Assembly: GCF_013371685.1 (NCBI RefSeq)
Contig: NZ_CP055251.1
Strand: one strand, 5' to 3'
DNA length: 32,000 nt
DNA from: Escherichia coli
Lineage (GTDB): Bacteria > Pseudomonadota > Gammaproteobacteria > Enterobacterales > Enterobacteriaceae
Numbering within the stretch: the stretch's first letter is position 1; each line of letters opens with the position of its first letter. A program made the position numbers and the translations under genes. This document shows, piece by piece, positions 30,914-32,000 of this stretch. Under the pieces are notes generated by a model. The model was not told where the DNA came from, searched no databases, and saw only the letters and a list, made by a program, of their open reading frames with translations.

Positions 30914-31983
30914 TAATCCACCTGACGGAACTGGCTAAACGCGTTGACTTTCTCCGCGGTTAAGGTGGTCAGAAAATCCCGTATCAACGTGAGCAGAGCA
31001 TCGTAATCGGCTTTTGAAATCATGCCGCTGTTAGCGTGCAGATAGCGGGTTGGCAGGCACAGCGCAACAACCGGACGCCCGCCGCCCATCACGTTGTAGC
31101 GCCCGCCATCCGTCGCACCGGTTTTCATGGTGGAAAATTGCAGCGGTAAATCGTTATGTGCGGCACAGCTTTTTAACGCCGCCACCAGTTTCTGGTTGGG
31201 GAAGTAGCGCTTGTCAAACAGCATCAGCCCCGGCCCCTGGCCCAGTTTCAGCGGGTATTTAATGTTATCAATGCCCGGAACATCACCTGCGACAGCGGTA
31301 TCCAGCACAATCACCACATCCGGTTTAATGTGTTCCGCCGAGGTTTGTGCCCCGCGTAGCCCAACTTCTTCTTCCACGCTGCCGACGCCATACAGCGTAA
31401 TTTCGGGATTATTCACCGTCTGCAATAGTTCAGCCATCATTGCGCAGCCGATGCGGTTATCCAGCGCCTTGCCGACCACTTTATCTTCGCCCCAGCAGGC
31501 AAAATTGGCTTCCGGGCTAATAAAATCGCCCATCGCCACACCGCGTTTTTCCACCTCATCGCGACTGTTCGCGCCAATATCAATGAACATCTCATCAAAT
31601 GACAGCGGTTGTTGCTTTTGCTTTTCCGTTAACGCATGAGGCGCGACGGAACCAATCACACCAGGGATTTTCACTCCCTTGTGTGTGCGTATGGTTACCC
31701 GGTGGTTGAGCATCGACTGATTCCACCAGCCGCCAATTGTGGTAAAACGCAGAAAACCGCTCTCGTCGATGTGGGTGACCATAAAGCCGACTTCATCCAT
31801 ATGCCCGACAACGGCAACTTTTGGACCTTTATTCCCCTTACGGGCAACAAAGCTGCCCAGACCATCAAAGGTGATTTCATTAACGCAAGGTTCCAGCGTG
31901 TTTATCAGGATGTCGCGAACTTCCTGTTCATCGCCGCTGACGGCGCTGGCTTCGCACAACTGTTGCAGTAACTCAATGTTCAT
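30913..31983 (-). CDS. frvX: M42-family aminopeptidase/endoglucanase-like FrvX
   Basis: 356 aa from MNIELLQQLCEASAVSGDEQEVR; metallopeptidase motifs VGHMDEVGF, LDNRIGCAM, GSVEEEVGLRGA, ATDGG. Confidence 0.93.
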   Translation of the reverse strand: MNIELLQQLCEASAVSGDEQEVRDILINTLEPCVNEITFDGLGSFVARKGNKGPKVAVVGHMDEVGFMVTHIDESGFLRFTTIGGWWNQSMLNHRVTIRTHKGVKIPGVIGSVAPHALTEKQKQQPLSFDEMFIDIGANSRDEVEKRGVAMGDFISPEANFACWGEDKVVGKALDNRIGCAMMAELLQTVNNPEITLYGVGSVEEEVGLRGAQTSAEHIKPDVVIVLDTAVAGDVPGIDNIKYPLKLGQGPGLMLFDKRYFPNQKLVAALKSCAAHNDLPLQFSTMKTGATDGGRYNVMGGGRPVVALCLPTRYLHANSGMISKADYDALLTLIRDFLTTLTAEKVNAFSQFRQVD

Positions 31984-32000
31984 GGACAAGCTCCTGTTGC

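Overview
This 32 kb window is a conserved Escherichia coli (or Shigella-type) chromosomal segment. I recognised it from protein sequences and gene order; no database was searched. In order it holds: the 5'-truncated GntR regulator yihL with yihM-yihN; the outer-membrane channel gene ompL; the complete sulfoquinovose (sulfoglycolysis) cluster yihO, yihP, yihQ, yihR, yihS, yihT, yihU (minus) and yihV, yihW/csqR (plus); the overlapping chain yihX-yihY-dtd-yiiD/fabY; a probably strain-variable interval (about 18.0-21.1 kb) with an alpha/beta hydrolase, a HigBA/NadS-type toxin-antitoxin pair and two small ribbon-helix-helix proteins (yiiE, yiiF); the formate dehydrogenase-O genes fdoG (with an in-frame UGA selenocysteine codon), fdoH, fdoI, fdhE and the divergent fdhD; and yiiG, frvR, frvX. 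Most of this is ordinary and already described. The observations most worth following up are a roughly 74-bp non-coding element repeated upstream of yiiE and yiiF, with its 20-bp core again in the hydrolase/toxin divergent region; a perfect 8-1-8 palindrome upstream of the toxin-antitoxin pair; a hairpin that overlaps the yihR Shine-Dalgarno next to a box-C-like repeat; a 13-bp repeat upstream of both yihU and yihW; the non-canonical oxyanion-hole motif of the hydrolase; and an unannotated 30-aa ORF. I found no convincing evidence for a wholly new biological system.
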